Shown here in pieces: positions 38,856 through 48,902 of a stretch of 64,000 nt of DNA. Position 1 is the stretch's first letter. Every line of letters begins with the position of its first letter. The notes below the pieces were generated by a model. The model made no database searches. It was given only the letters and a program-made list of their open reading frames with translations, and had not been told where the DNA came from. The position numbers and the translations under genes are program-made. Source of the DNA: an uncultured Pseudomonadota bacterium (GTDB taxonomy: Bacteria; Vulcanimicrobiota; Vulcanimicrobiia; Eremiobacterales; Eremiobacteraceae). Where the stretch lies: NCBI GenBank assembly GCA_963736005.1, contig CAVTNB010000001.1:1696001-1760000 (forward strand). Direction: 5' to 3'.

Positions 38856-38880
38856 AGCGGACCTGAAGGTCCGCTGCTAC
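38856..38880 (-). repeat. REP-like palindrome, family C, containing the recR stop
   Basis: AGCGGACCTGAAGGTCCGCT-GCTAC. Confidence 0.8.
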
Positions 38881-39476
38881 AACGAGCGGCGGCCCTCCAG
38901 AGCTCGAGTGAGGGTCACCTCATCAGCGTAGTCCAGGTCGCCTCCGATCGGGAGGCCGTACGCGAGCCGCGTGACCTTCACCCCGACCGGTGCGAGCAGG
39001 CGCGCAAGATACAGAGCCGTGGACTCACCTTCCGCGTTGGGATTGGTCGCGATAATGACCTCGCTCGTGTTTTCTTTGCCGACTCGATCGACCAGTTCTT
39101 TAATTTTGAGTTGGCCAACACCAATGCCCTCGATGGGCGAGATGAGACCGCCAAGCACGTGGTAGCGCCCGCGATAGCTCATCGTCCGCTCGATCGCGTA
39201 CACATCTTTTGCTTCGCCCACCACGCAGAGCAGGCTCGGATCGCGTCGTTGATCGCTGCAGATCGTGCACGGATCAGCTTCGGTGAGCGAAAAGCACCGG
39301 CTGCAGAATCGCACTTTCTCTTTGACGTCCAAAATTGCGCGGCTGAGCGCCTCGGCATCTTCCTTCGAAGCCGAAAGCAAATAGAACGCTAGGCGCGCGG
39401 CAGTCTTCGGGCCGATGGTGGGAAGCTTCTCGAGTTCGCCAATCAGCGCCGAGAGAGGAGGTGCGAGATAATCCAA
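38877..39476 (-). CDS. recR: Recombination mediator RecR
   Basis: [13 protein letters not shown]4 zinc finger, YHVLGG, EGESTA and GGDLDYAD motifs. Confidence 0.97.
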   Translation of the reverse strand: MDYLAPPLSALIGELEKLPTIGPKTAARLAFYLLSASKEDAEALSRAILDVKEKVRFCSRCFSLTEADPCTICSDQRRDPSLLCVVGEAKDVYAIERTMSYRGRYHVLGGLISPIEGIGVGQLKIKELVDRVGKENTSEVIIATNPNAEGESTALYLARLLAPVGVKVTRLAYGLPIGGDLDYADEVTLTRALEGRRSL

Positions 39477-39482
39477 CGTTTC

Positions 39483-39785
39483 TTACAGCCCGGGAAGTCC
39501 GAGACCACCGGCCAGCGGCCCCATCCGCGATGCTGAAAGCTCGGCGACTTTGGCTTGAGCATCTTTGAATGCGATGACGATGAGATCTTCCAGCGTCTCG
39601 ATGTCGCTTGAGTCAACTGCTTGCGGGGCGATCTTGATGCGCTGCGCATGGCCGTGGCCGTTGAGGGTGACCTCGACTGCGCCAGAACCAGCGGTGCCAG
39701 TCACGGTTTCATGGCCGAGATCTTCTTGGATCTTTGCGAGCTGTTCTTGCAGTTTGCGGGCTTGGCGCAAGAGATTTTGGTTCAT
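39483..39785 (-). CDS. ybaB: YbaB/EbfC nucleoid-associated protein
   Basis: G.AG.GAVEV and D.ETLEDLI motifs; lies between dnaX and recR. Confidence 0.95.
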   Translation of the reverse strand: MNQNLLRQARKLQEQLAKIQEDLGHETVTGTAGSGAVEVTLNGHGHAQRIKIAPQAVDSSDIETLEDLIVIAFKDAQAKVAELSASRMGPLAGGLGLPGL

Positions 39786-39795
39786 CGTTCTCGTC

Positions 39796-41436
39796 CTAGA
39801 TTAAGTCGGCACCAAGCACGGACTCGGCAAGGGAGAACGCCCCCGCCTCGGTCACGCGTTTGGCCGTGGCCAGTTCGGGAACGACGATCCATTCGATGCC
39901 TGGCGCGGGGCCCCACACTTCGCCGATGGCGGCAGCAATGACATCGGCCATTGCGGGCTCGGCGAGCAAGTCCCGATTGAACCGGCTGGGCACGCCCAGA
40001 GTGACCATCTGCGCGCTTGCATCGACAATAACCGCGTGCTCGAGGTGACCGTAACATGGCTTGGAACGCTCTTTGACCGCGCTCTTCACTTGGGGCCAGA
40101 GCGCCTGAAGTTTTGAAAGCGTGAGCGGCTCTCGGCCTTGGGCAGCGGCGTTGACCTGCAGCTTGGAGCCCACGTTCGGTATTGAAGCCGCAGGCAGCGC
40201 ACTCTTGCCGCGACGCGTGGTTGGGGTCCCGAGTGCCGGCGTCGGCGCCCCCGGGCTCCCGTTTGGAGAACCTGCGCGTTCCTCAAGCGCCCGCAGCCGA
40301 TCGGAGAGACTTTGTAGACTCAGCTCGTCAGTTGGCAGGACGACGCGCATGAGCGCGAGCTCTAAGTCGATGCGCGGTTGTGCCGAGTAGCGCTGAGAAA
40401 TCGCATCGGAAAGATTGCGCAGCACGGCCAAGACGCGGATGCGCGGGATGCCCGCAGCCTTAGCTGCCAGGCGCTCCGCTGTTTCGGCCGGCACTTCCGT
40501 TTTCAATACCTCTGGACTCACCTGCGCTAGCAGCGCGAGCCGAAACCAGCGCAACAGTTCTTTCGAGAGCCACGCAGGATCCGTGCCTCGATCGATCGCC
40601 TCGGACAACGTCTGGAGAACGGCTTTGGGATCGGAAGCAGCCACGGCCTCAGCAGTGCGCTCGACCAAGTCGTACACCGGAGCGCCGAAGGCTGCGTCGA
40701 GCACGGCATCATCGATCTTGCCATTCCCCGCAAATCCGAGAGCCTGTTCCAGGAGCACGAGCGCGTCGCGAAGCGCTCCGTCCGCAAGAAAGGCGATGCG
40801 TTCGAGTGCGCTCGTCGTCACCGCGATACGCTCTTTTTTTGCAACCTCGGCGAGCCGCTGCCCGATATCCTGTGGCTGCACGCGTCGAAACTCGTAACGC
40901 TGGACGCGCGAGAGAATTGTCTGGGGCACTTTATTCGGTTCGGTGGTCGCAAGCACAAAAACAACGTTATCCGGCGGCTCTTCCAGCGTTTTGAGCAGCG
41001 CATTAAACGCTTCGGCGGTCAGCATGTGGACTTCGTCGACGATGTACACTTTCGTGCGAAATTGGGAGGGTGCAAACTTGACGCGCTCACGAAGTTCGCG
41101 AATCTCGTTGATGCCGCGATTGCTGGCGGCATCGATTTCAACGACGTCGAACGCCGTGCCAGCAGCAATGGAGAGACAGGCTTCGCACGCTCCGCACGGG
41201 TCCGGGCGCGGTCCACCGCGCTGGCAATTCAGACACTTTGCGAGAATGCGCGCCGCGGAAGTTTTGCCGGTTCCACGCGGTCCAGCGAACAGGTACGCGT
41301 GCGCAACTCTAGAGTTCTTGACAGCGGCCTGCAAGCCAGTGACGACAGCTGGCTGCCCCACCAGCTCGTCGAAACCCATCGGCCGATACTTGCGGTACAG
41401 CGTCACAGATTGACGCTCGGGAACAAAGGATGACAC
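39796..41436 (-). CDS. dnaX: DNA polymerase III subunit gamma/tau
   Basis: LYRKYRP, GPRGTGKT, EIDAASN, DEVHML, NALLKTLEEP; start taken as GTG at 41436 (uncertain). Confidence 0.95.
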   Translation of the reverse strand: MSSFVPERQSVTLYRKYRPMGFDELVGQPAVVTGLQAAVKNSRVAHAYLFAGPRGTGKTSAARILAKCLNCQRGGPRPDPCGACEACLSIAAGTAFDVVEIDAASNRGINEIRELRERVKFAPSQFRTKVYIVDEVHMLTAEAFNALLKTLEEPPDNVVFVLATTEPNKVPQTILSRVQRYEFRRVQPQDIGQRLAEVAKKERIAVTTSALERIAFLADGALRDALVLLEQALGFAGNGKIDDAVLDAAFGAPVYDLVERTAEAVAASDPKAVLQTLSEAIDRGTDPAWLSKELLRWFRLALLAQVSPEVLKTEVPAETAERLAAKAAGIPRIRVLAVLRNLSDAISQRYSAQPRIDLELALMRVVLPTDELSLQSLSDRLRALEERAGSPNGSPGAPTPALGTPTTRRGKSALPAASIPNVGSKLQVNAAAQGREPLTLSKLQALWPQVKSAVKERSKPCYGHLEHAVIVDASAQMVTLGVPSRFNRDLLAEPAMADVIAAAIGEVWGPAPGIEWIVVPELATAKRVTEAGAFSLAESVLGADLI

Positions 41437-41655
41437 AATCTTGGCTGTTCTGTCGGACGGATGTGCTTTCCTAGACAGAGGGACTGAGGCTCGCGAAGCC
41501 GTAGGTTTCAAGAGCAGATATCAGGGGTATAACAAAGCAAGCGTCAAGGTTTTTCTGGCAAAGCTACTGGCTGCGGTATGTATGAAGCCGCCGCACTCTT
41601 ATTTTTCCCGCGCGCGCGCCTATAGTACATAAGGAAGGTTCATCACACAAACGTC

Positions 41656-43308
41656 ATGTCTGTCGACATCGACCTCAACGAGGCCTTGAGGCGTCACTTC
41701 GGTTATCGCCATTTCTATTCGGGCCAAGAAGAGGTCATCCATCGGGTTCTCGAGGGTAAGGACACGTTGGCAATTCTGGCGACTGGTGCAGGCAAATCGC
41801 TCTGCTACCAACTGCCCGCATTGTTACTCCCCGGAACGACGGTCGTGGTCTCGCCGCTCATCGCGCTCATGAAAGATCAGCTCGACATGCTGGCGGATGC
41901 AGGCATCAGCGGCACGATCGCTCTCAACAGCACGTTGACCGAGGATGAGGAAATCTCTCACCTCGAGCGCATCGCGCGCGGTAATTTGAAACTCATTTAC
42001 GTCACGCCCGAGCGGCTCGAGGACGAGAGCTTCGTCGATCTGATCAAGCGTTTGCACATTCCACTGTTCGTGGTCGACGAGGCGCATTGCATCTCTCAGT
42101 GGGGTCACGATTTTCGCCCCGCATATTTGAATTTGGGCCGCGTCATTGCTGCCCTCGGACATCCAACCGTGCTCGCGTTGACCGCCACAGCGACACCCGC
42201 AGTCCGTGAAGACATCGTCATGCAGCTCGGCATCCAAAACGCCAAAGCCATCGTGCGCGGCTTTGACCGCCCGAACCTCGTCTATGAGGTGGCGCGGACC
42301 GCAAGTGATGAAGACAAACTGCGAGTGTTGCGCAACAAGCTTGGAGGCCCCCTGCGCAACTCGCTTGGGATCATCTATACCGCCACGATCAAAAATACGT
42401 ACGCCGTCTCTGAGTACTTGCGCGAGGAGCTGGGTATCGACGCGGACGTGTACCATAGCAAGCTGCAAAAAGCGGAACGAGATCGCGTTCACGACCATTT
42501 CATGAATGAAGACGTTAAAGTGGTCGTCGCCACGAATGCCTTCGGCCTGGGCATCGACAAGCCCAATATCCGTTTCGTGATTCACTATGATTTGCCGGGC
42601 AGCGTCGAAGCATATACCCAAGAGGCCGGACGGGCGGGTCGAGATGGTCAGGAGTCGCTCTGTCTTTTGCTCTATCGCCAAAGCGATACGCGGGTGCAAA
42701 ATTACTTCTTAACCGGTAAATACCCAGACGTGGAGGAAGTGCAAAAAGTCTACGGGACGCTGCAGTACTTCGAGCAACAGGATAACGGCGTTTCCCTCTC
42801 CGATCTGCGGAAGATCTCCCAATTGCCGCTCACCAAGCTCAAAGTGATTCTCGCGTTGCTCAAAAAGGGCGGGTTCATCCGCAACGTTTCGAAGGGCATG
42901 TACGGCTTGCCACCAGAGGTCAAAAAGCGCGCCGAGCGTTCTCTCAATCTCGCGAGTTACGAAACGAAGAAATCGTACGACCAGAGCAAGCTCGCGATGA
43001 TGTTGCAATATTGCGAGACACGCAGTTGCCGGCGCAAATTCATCCTCAACTATTTTGGGGAGGAATTCGATCGCCCGAACTGCGGCGCGTGCGACAACTG
43101 TCTGGCAGCGTTGGCCAAAGGGCCGGTGGTAGTGCTGAGCGAGGAAGGCATCGAATTCCGCATCGGCGATGTCGTCCATCATCCGAAGTTTGGCCAGGGT
43201 ACGGTCGAACGAGCAGAGCGAGATTTAGTGACCGTTCTGTTTCCAAGCCACGGCTATAAGACGCTCCTGGCCACCGCCGTCACTCGACAAGTGCAGCAAA
43301 TCGCCTAA
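41656..43308 (+). CDS. recQ: RecQ-family DNA helicase with C-terminal PcrA/UvrD-like Tudor domain
   Basis: [35 protein letters not shown] and CRR..CGACDNC motifs. Confidence 0.92.
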   Translation: MSVDIDLNEALRRHFGYRHFYSGQEEVIHRVLEGKDTLAILATGAGKSLCYQLPALLLPGTTVVVSPLIALMKDQLDMLADAGISGTIALNSTLTEDEEISHLERIARGNLKLIYVTPERLEDESFVDLIKRLHIPLFVVDEAHCISQWGHDFRPAYLNLGRVIAALGHPTVLALTATATPAVREDIVMQLGIQNAKAIVRGFDRPNLVYEVARTASDEDKLRVLRNKLGGPLRNSLGIIYTATIKNTYAVSEYLREELGIDADVYHSKLQKAERDRVHDHFMNEDVKVVVATNAFGLGIDKPNIRFVIHYDLPGSVEAYTQEAGRAGRDGQESLCLLLYRQSDTRVQNYFLTGKYPDVEEVQKVYGTLQYFEQQDNGVSLSDLRKISQLPLTKLKVILALLKKGGFIRNVSKGMYGLPPEVKKRAERSLNLASYETKKSYDQSKLAMMLQYCETRSCRRKFILNYFGEEFDRPNCGACDNCLAALAKGPVVVLSEEGIEFRIGDVVHHPKFGQGTVERAERDLVTVLFPSHGYKTLLATAVTRQVQQIA

Positions 43309-45017
43309 TGGGGTCGGGCGCGCTTTTTCGATTGCGCGTGCTTGTGCTTGCCGCCGGCGCCGCGGCGCTGCTCACGTGGAGTAGTTGGCAAGCCGCCCGT
43401 CCGAGCTCAAACGCGCAACCGAGCGAAGCTCCGTCGGCCTCTCCAGCTGCGGCGGCGTCCGTTTCGCCCACTCCAACACCCGGTGAGTCGACGCAGCCAT
43501 CAAGCTCCCCGGGGCCCAGTGAGTCGCCGACCGTCGCGCCGACCCTCATCCCGTCATCGCCGCAACCCGTGCAGCTCGAGCAAGCTTCGCTTGTGTTGAT
43601 CCTCGGTCGAAGCACATCTGTCACTGTGAGCTCGCCACCCAGTGGCGTTCTGATGCTCTCAGGATTCGACCCGACGATCGTGCGCGCGATTTTCAATCCC
43701 ATCGACCGGACGATTGACGTGTCAGCCCTCCACACGGGGTCGACGACCATTACCGCAACTGACAGCTTCGGTCTGAATGCAACGCTTGCGGTCTCGGTCC
43801 TTGCTTACGCAGGTAAGGCATATCCCTCGACGTCGGTGACCATCACCGGAGACCCAGCCTCGTCAAGCTACGTGGCGGAGGCAGCCGCCGCCGCGGCACA
43901 GCTTGTGGCTTATCCGCAGCCCGGCGCGCACGTCATTGCAGCGCCCCAAGACGTGCGCGGGAACATCGAACTCGCACCCGACAATTCCGTGTCAGTGACC
44001 GTTCCGTTATCCATGGCCGGACCCGGCTACGCTCCCTATCATCAAGATATCAGGGTCCTGGTGACGAATCTCGCGCAGCCGGGAATCGGGCCAAAGAATT
44101 TGCTCGTGTCCGACTTTCCCGAAACCATCGTCGAGAACGGCACCCTCTTTTATTCCGACGTGACGTTCGAGCAACCAGCACGTCTGCTGTACTACCACTA
44201 CGCCAACTCGGCTTCGCAGCCGCGCATGGTGGTGGTCAAAGCGCAAAACAACGGCATCGAGTCGAGCCTGCTGGAGTTGATATCGGGCATCGCCGGTCCC
44301 AACGCCAACATTCTTGCTGTGGGCCATGAATCGACGAAGCGTTTCTTGGTCAACGAAGCCGCAAGCCAAGGACAAGTGTTCGAAGTGCCTGCGCATGCAA
44401 CGGTGAACGTCGTCGATCAACTGTTGCCTGCGGGCACGCTTGTCAGCGGTCTGATGCAACTGCGCGTGATTTCCGGCAGCGGCGTCCGCGTGGCAGTCGT
44501 CGTGCAAGACGCCTCCGAGATTCCCGTCGGCCCGATATCGGACACGCTGCTCTCGAGCGCGGTCAAACACGCTCGCGGCGTCTATTCAGTTCCGGATTTT
44601 TACTACGACCTCTCCTATAGCGTAGGAAGCGATCCCGCGGTGCTCCTTATCGGGAAACTACCTTTGCCGAATCTTGTGCAAGGCGAGGTGTTGGGAGGCG
44701 ACTACGGGGTGAAGCAATCCGCGTCGCTGACACTGCTCAATCCAACCGGAAGCGACGCGCGGGTAGGCATGTGGTTCGAACCACGCGGGGGCCGCGCAAC
44801 CGGTACCTTTTTGATCAATGGCGAGCTCGTCCAGCTGCACCCGGTCGAATTCGGAAGGCCGGCACTCGTTCGAGGTTTTGAGGTACCGGCACATGGTTAC
44901 CAGCGCGTCAATATCGTGACCATGCCTGAAGGCGGATCGTCGTATCCGGTGAGAGTGCTCTTTGCGTCGCAACCGCCGCCTAATGCCAGTTGGGATATCT
45001 CTTCGTCCGTGTATTAG
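43308..45017 (+). CDS. Exported hypothetical protein with Pro/Ser linker and Ig-like beta domains
   Basis: Signal/TM segment, SPTPTP linker, G.TTITATD Ig-like motif; TAATG overlap with recQ. Confidence 0.7.
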   Translation: MGSGALFRLRVLVLAAGAAALLTWSSWQAARPSSNAQPSEAPSASPAAAASVSPTPTPGESTQPSSSPGPSESPTVAPTLIPSSPQPVQLEQASLVLILGRSTSVTVSSPPSGVLMLSGFDPTIVRAIFNPIDRTIDVSALHTGSTTITATDSFGLNATLAVSVLAYAGKAYPSTSVTITGDPASSSYVAEAAAAAAQLVAYPQPGAHVIAAPQDVRGNIELAPDNSVSVTVPLSMAGPGYAPYHQDIRVLVTNLAQPGIGPKNLLVSDFPETIVENGTLFYSDVTFEQPARLLYYHYANSASQPRMVVVKAQNNGIESSLLELISGIAGPNANILAVGHESTKRFLVNEAASQGQVFEVPAHATVNVVDQLLPAGTLVSGLMQLRVISGSGVRVAVVVQDASEIPVGPISDTLLSSAVKHARGVYSVPDFYYDLSYSVGSDPAVLLIGKLPLPNLVQGEVLGGDYGVKQSASLTLLNPTGSDARVGMWFEPRGGRATGTFLINGELVQLHPVEFGRPALVRGFEVPAHGYQRVNIVTMPEGGSSYPVRVLFASQPPPNASWDISSSVY

Positions 45018-45149
45018 GTCCGTTGTCATCGCTTTGTCATGTGGCTCTCATCAACATTTTAACTGCTGGACCGGCTTGGCTGAAACCAAACGCGAATGCA
45101 TTGCGTCAAACGGTTAGACCCCAAAATTCTCCTAGGAAAGGCATGACCC

Positions 45150-45530
45150 ATGAATCGCAAAGTTTTCGCAGTCTTCGGTCTCGTCGGCTTGCTCGCCAGC
45201 TTCACTGCCCGCGCCGATGCAGCCGTTTTCTACATCTACCGACCAGTGCCCGTGACGGTGCCCGTGCCCATCACTGTGCCCGTCGTTGCCTTTGACGCTG
45301 ACGACCGCTTTACCGGAGCCTACGATGTCCAGGGCGTGGTGACGTCGTTTGTGCCCTACCATCTCACCATGCGTATCAACGATCGTGAGTACCCCGTGCT
45401 CTTGCACGATGGGACGATCATCAATCCACTCGGTACGACGCTGGCCCCCAGCATGATTGTCAACGTCGCTGGCTGGTGGGACCGTTTCGGCGTGTTTCAT
45501 GCCAACCGGATCAACGTTCTCCGCTTCTAA
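45150..45530 (+). CDS. Small exported hypothetical protein
   Basis: RBS, signal peptide ending ARA, LHDGTIINP.G motif. Confidence 0.7.
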   Translation: MNRKVFAVFGLVGLLASFTARADAAVFYIYRPVPVTVPVPITVPVVAFDADDRFTGAYDVQGVVTSFVPYHLTMRINDREYPVLLHDGTIINPLGTTLAPSMIVNVAGWWDRFGVFHANRINVLRF

Positions 45531-45569
45531 ATCACAAACAACCTTAACCCAGACGAGACTGACCGAAGA

Positions 45570-45602
45570 GATCGCGCCACATGAAGGGCGCGATCCCTTT
45601 TT
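45570..45602 (+). terminator. Rho-independent terminator
   Basis: GATCGCGCC-N8-GGCGCGATC followed by CCTTTTT. Confidence 0.65.
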
Positions 45603-45628
45603 GCGCCGCTGACCCATGACATCAAACG

Positions 45629-46660
45629 CTAGGCCAACTCGCGATAAAGGCCAACCAGCCGCTGGGCAACGGCAGTCCAAGTAAACTCTCGCGCCCGCAT
45701 TTGGCCGCGCTCCAGCATCGGGCGCAGCGCCGCGTCATCCCGCAGTACTCGCGTGAGAGCATCAGCAAATGCCCGTTCGTCGCCCGCCTTCGCGAAGAGC
45801 GCGCAGTCACCTAAGACTTCGTGGAGCACGGGTATCGCCGACGCGACCACCGGCAGCCGCGCCGCGATCGCTTGAAGCGGCGGCAGACCGAAGCCTTCGT
45901 AGCGCGATGGAAAAACGAGGACCCTTGCTTTGGCGTAGAGCGTGCGAAGGGTCGGCTCATCAACGTATCCACGCAGATGCACCCGATGGGCAACACCAAT
46001 TTCCTCCGCGACGCTTTGGACTCTTTGAGCATACGGTGTCTGCGCGCCAACGCTCACGAGCGCAAGCGCCGGCACGTGAACAAGGGCTCGCACGGCGGTT
46101 TCCAAGTCCTTTCGCGCCTCGACGGTTCCAACCGCAAGCGCGAACGGCGGATCCTCGGGCTCGCGCGCGATCGCGAACCATTCTTCGTCGACACCCGCGC
46201 CGGCGATCGCGATCTTTTCAGGCCCGATCCTTAAGCGGGCGACGATCTCGTCGCGCGCCGTCGCCGTGTCCGCCGCGATGCGATCCGCCTTACGCACCAA
46301 AAGGCGCTGCGCCGTCGCAAAATACGCTCGGCTGTAGAACTTCCCTCGCACCGCGCCGCTCAACCACGCAAGGTCATGGAGCGTCAGGACGCATGGATGC
46401 GGAGACCAAAGCGATAGGGTACCGCCCGTAAAGTGGGTGACGTCTACCCGCAGCTTTCGGGCAACCCGTGGTGCGATCACTTGATCCCACCATACGCGGC
46501 GGTCAAACCGCCAGATATCGACACCCGGCTGAAAGATTTCCAGCAAGACAACATCCGCGCGTTGGCGCAGCGCAGCGGCGAGCTTGCGAGCGTAGGTGCC
46601 GAGCCCGGTCGGGGTTCCGAACGCAAATTGCGTTTCGAGCGCCACGCGAATGGGTTTCAT
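45629..46660 (-). CDS. Glycosyltransferase family 4
   Basis: TLHDL, VGT.E.RK and FPSRYEGFGLPPL motifs; ATG at 46660. Confidence 0.9.
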   Translation of the reverse strand: MKPIRVALETQFAFGTPTGLGTYARKLAAALRQRADVVLLEIFQPGVDIWRFDRRVWWDQVIAPRVARKLRVDVTHFTGGTLSLWSPHPCVLTLHDLAWLSGAVRGKFYSRAYFATAQRLLVRKADRIAADTATARDEIVARLRIGPEKIAIAGAGVDEEWFAIAREPEDPPFALAVGTVEARKDLETAVRALVHVPALALVSVGAQTPYAQRVQSVAEEIGVAHRVHLRGYVDEPTLRTLYAKARVLVFPSRYEGFGLPPLQAIAARLPVVASAIPVLHEVLGDCALFAKAGDERAFADALTRVLRDDAALRPMLERGQMRAREFTWTAVAQRLVGLYRELA

Positions 46661-47381
46661 GGCGCGTTTTTTGGTCACCCTGCATGCGTCGGAGCGCGGC
46701 TTGTGCGTCTGGCTGATCCGGATGAATGCGCAGGAGCCGTTCGAACGCTGCTCGCGCCTGTTGCTGATTGCCAAAACGCAGTTGGGCAAAACCGTAGGAC
46801 AAGAGGTAGTCCTCATTGAGCGGTGCCAAGTTCGACGCCTTGGAAAAAGCATCGACGGCAAGACGACCACGCGTACGTGCCAGAGCAGGGTCGGCGGCGG
46901 CCAAGGCAGCCGAAACTTGAATCGTTCCCGTCGTTGCGTACGCGGCCGCGAGGTCCGCACGGTCGATAAAATTGTTGTGCAGTCGCTTGATCAACGCGGC
47001 TTCAATGGCGAGCGCCGCGTCGTAGTTCCCCTCCCCGGTGAGATGCCTGGCAACCTCAGCGGTTCGGCCAACGGCCTTCGCTGCAATGTAGCGATCGATC
47101 GCTTCATCCATGCGACCCATAGCCGCCAGTGCGTCGCCTTCCTCGGCCAGGCACGCCAGCCCGCACGCGGCTCGCTCGAATTCTGCGAGCGCTTCTTTTG
47201 GGTCGCGATCCATGAGGGCACGGCCGCGATCCTCGTGCAGCAGTCCCCAGTTTGGCTCTAGGCGAAGGCCCGCATTAAACCGTGCGATCGCCTGCTGGGT
47301 GTTGCCCACAAGCAAGGCGCGGTTGCCCGCATCGTCATCCCACCATGCCCGCAGCGGGTTCAGGAAAAGAACTCCCAACAC
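46503..47381 (-). CDS. TPR-repeat membrane-anchored protein (both ends uncertain)
   Basis: TPR-like helices; N-terminal TM extends upstream in frame to about 47426; 3' end probably at 46657 if an A-run indel is corrected. Confidence 0.7.
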   Translation of the reverse strand: MLGVLFLNPLRAWWDDDAGNRALLVGNTQQAIARFNAGLRLEPNWGLLHEDRGRALMDRDPKEALAEFERAACGLACLAEEGDALAAMGRMDEAIDRYIAAKAVGRTAEVARHLTGEGNYDAALAIEAALIKRLHNNFIDRADLAAAYATTGTIQVSAALAAADPALARTRGRLAVDAFSKASNLAPLNEDYLLSYGFAQLRFGNQQQARAAFERLLRIHPDQPDAQAALRRMQGDQKTRHETHSRGARNAICVRNPDRARHLRSQARRCAAPTRGCCLAGNLSAGCRYLAV

Positions 47382-47434
47382 AATGACGGCCGCAACGCAT
47401 AGCCACGTTGCGGTTCGCTTGGAAATCCTTGACG

Positions 47435-48721
47435 CTAGAATTTGACGCTGAAGTAGAGGTTCTGGCGATTCTCTGTCCAGTTCGACAATGGGGCAGCATC
47501 GTCAGTATATACGTTGCGGTTGAAGAACAGATTGATCGAAGAGTTGGACTTTGGGATGTTGTAGACGAGGCCACCGGCGTACGCCGTGGTGTGCTGCGTC
47601 AAGCTTTGCGTCAGCGTATTGAGGTCGACGCTCCCTGCAAGCTGTTCGGAGAAGCTCCCTTTCACGGTCAATCTCGACGTCACCGGCACCGCGACTGAGG
47701 CTGCACCAACGTATTGTTGCAGATCGGTCGAACTAGGATACAGAACGATCGGCCCAGCTGCCGTCTGCGTCATCGGTATACCGCTCGGCTGATTGAATGC
47801 GCTGGGATCGAACGCAGTACCATTGGTTTGCTGTAGTGTTTGATACAATCCGTCAAGGCTCACCGTGGCTCTCCGGTTGAGGAGCGGCAACGCCAATGTC
47901 AAACCGCCGTTGAACGAATTGTAGTTCGAAGCCGACGCGAAGGCAGGACCGAGAATCTGGTTTGCGAGCGACAACGGCTGCATGGACGTCAGCGACTGTT
48001 CGCCCAGCCGCACCTTGACGCCGAATTTCGCCAATCGCAGCGGGATGCTCAGTTGCACCGAGGAGCCTTGCAACGAGGGCGTATAGCCACCATACCAATA
48101 GGGGCCCTGCGCCGAAAGCGAGCTCACGAGGGGAAACGCCAGGAAACTCGTCGCCGCGGCGTCTGCATCTTGGCGGCCGGTGGCATTCGCTTCCGCCGCC
48201 AGCGCGCCGTTGGCTTGACCAGCAAGTCCGAAGGTGTTGCCCAGCGTCGAACCCGACCCCACTTGTGGAAAATTGTAAAAGGCGAAGACGGCCGGCCCCT
48301 GCGACGCAAACTGGGTAGATCCGGGAGCGTGCAAGTTTGGCGAAGCGTTTTCGAGACTGACCGAACTTTCCGCCCCGAAAAGTTTGAACTTGAGGCCAAG
48401 CACCGAAGCATCAACAGCGGCGAAGGACGGTTGCGCAGCGGAAGAATCGAATGGTTTGGAAATCTCACCAAAGAGCTGCGGAGCAGTCGAACTGGTTGCT
48501 AGCGGAAGGGTGAATTGCAAGCCAGAAGCCGAGCCGGAAAGGGCGTTTGCATTTTGATCGGCGCCGGGGAACACGACGACATCGCCGTGGTTGGATGTGT
48601 CGAGAATTCGGCCAATGGAAAGGCCAGCGGCGTTCGACGAATCGTCGGCGCGGGCTGCGGAAGAGAAGACAGCAACCGCCGCGGCCACGGCGACGGCACC
48701 CAACAGAATCCCCCGCTTCAA
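47435..48721 (-). CDS. Hypothetical outer-membrane beta-barrel protein
   Basis: GAGGAGGG RBS with TTG at 48721; signal peptide; amphipathic strands; C-terminal YFSVKF. Confidence 0.65.
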   Translation of the reverse strand: MKRGILLGAVAVAAAVAVFSSAARADDSSNAAGLSIGRILDTSNHGDVVVFPGADQNANALSGSASGLQFTLPLATSSTAPQLFGEISKPFDSSAAQPSFAAVDASVLGLKFKLFGAESSVSLENASPNLHAPGSTQFASQGPAVFAFYNFPQVGSGSTLGNTFGLAGQANGALAAEANATGRQDADAAATSFLAFPLVSSLSAQGPYWYGGYTPSLQGSSVQLSIPLRLAKFGVKVRLGEQSLTSMQPLSLANQILGPAFASASNYNSFNGGLTLALPLLNRRATVSLDGLYQTLQQTNGTAFDPSAFNQPSGIPMTQTAAGPIVLYPSSTDLQQYVGAASVAVPVTSRLTVKGSFSEQLAGSVDLNTLTQSLTQHTTAYAGGLVYNIPKSNSSINLFFNRNVYTDDAAPLSNWTENRQNLYFSVKF

Positions 48722-48902
48722 AGCGACCCTCCTCGAGTCATAATACTTCAACTTTGTTCGGCCGTCTGTGCGCGCCGCGACAGGTCGTGCGTCATGACTA
48801 GCCACTGACACCGCTTCACATGTTCGCCCGCTCACGCTTTCGGCGGGCCTCAGTTCCATCCCCTGCGACTTTTGGGTCCAGGCCAGTCCGCGCCCTATGA
48901 AA

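Noticed and set aside
40831..40842. dnaX programmed -1 frameshift at A AAA AAA G
   Set aside because: It falls near codon 200 inside the clamp-loader core, not after domain III, so it could not yield a functional gamma subunit
41620..41645. LexA box upstream of recQ
   Set aside because: AGTAC half-site lacks a correctly spaced GTTC/GTAC partner
41437..41655. SRP RNA (ffs/scr) upstream of dnaX
   Set aside because: The conserved CAGGTCCGGAAGGAAGCAGC core was not found on either strand
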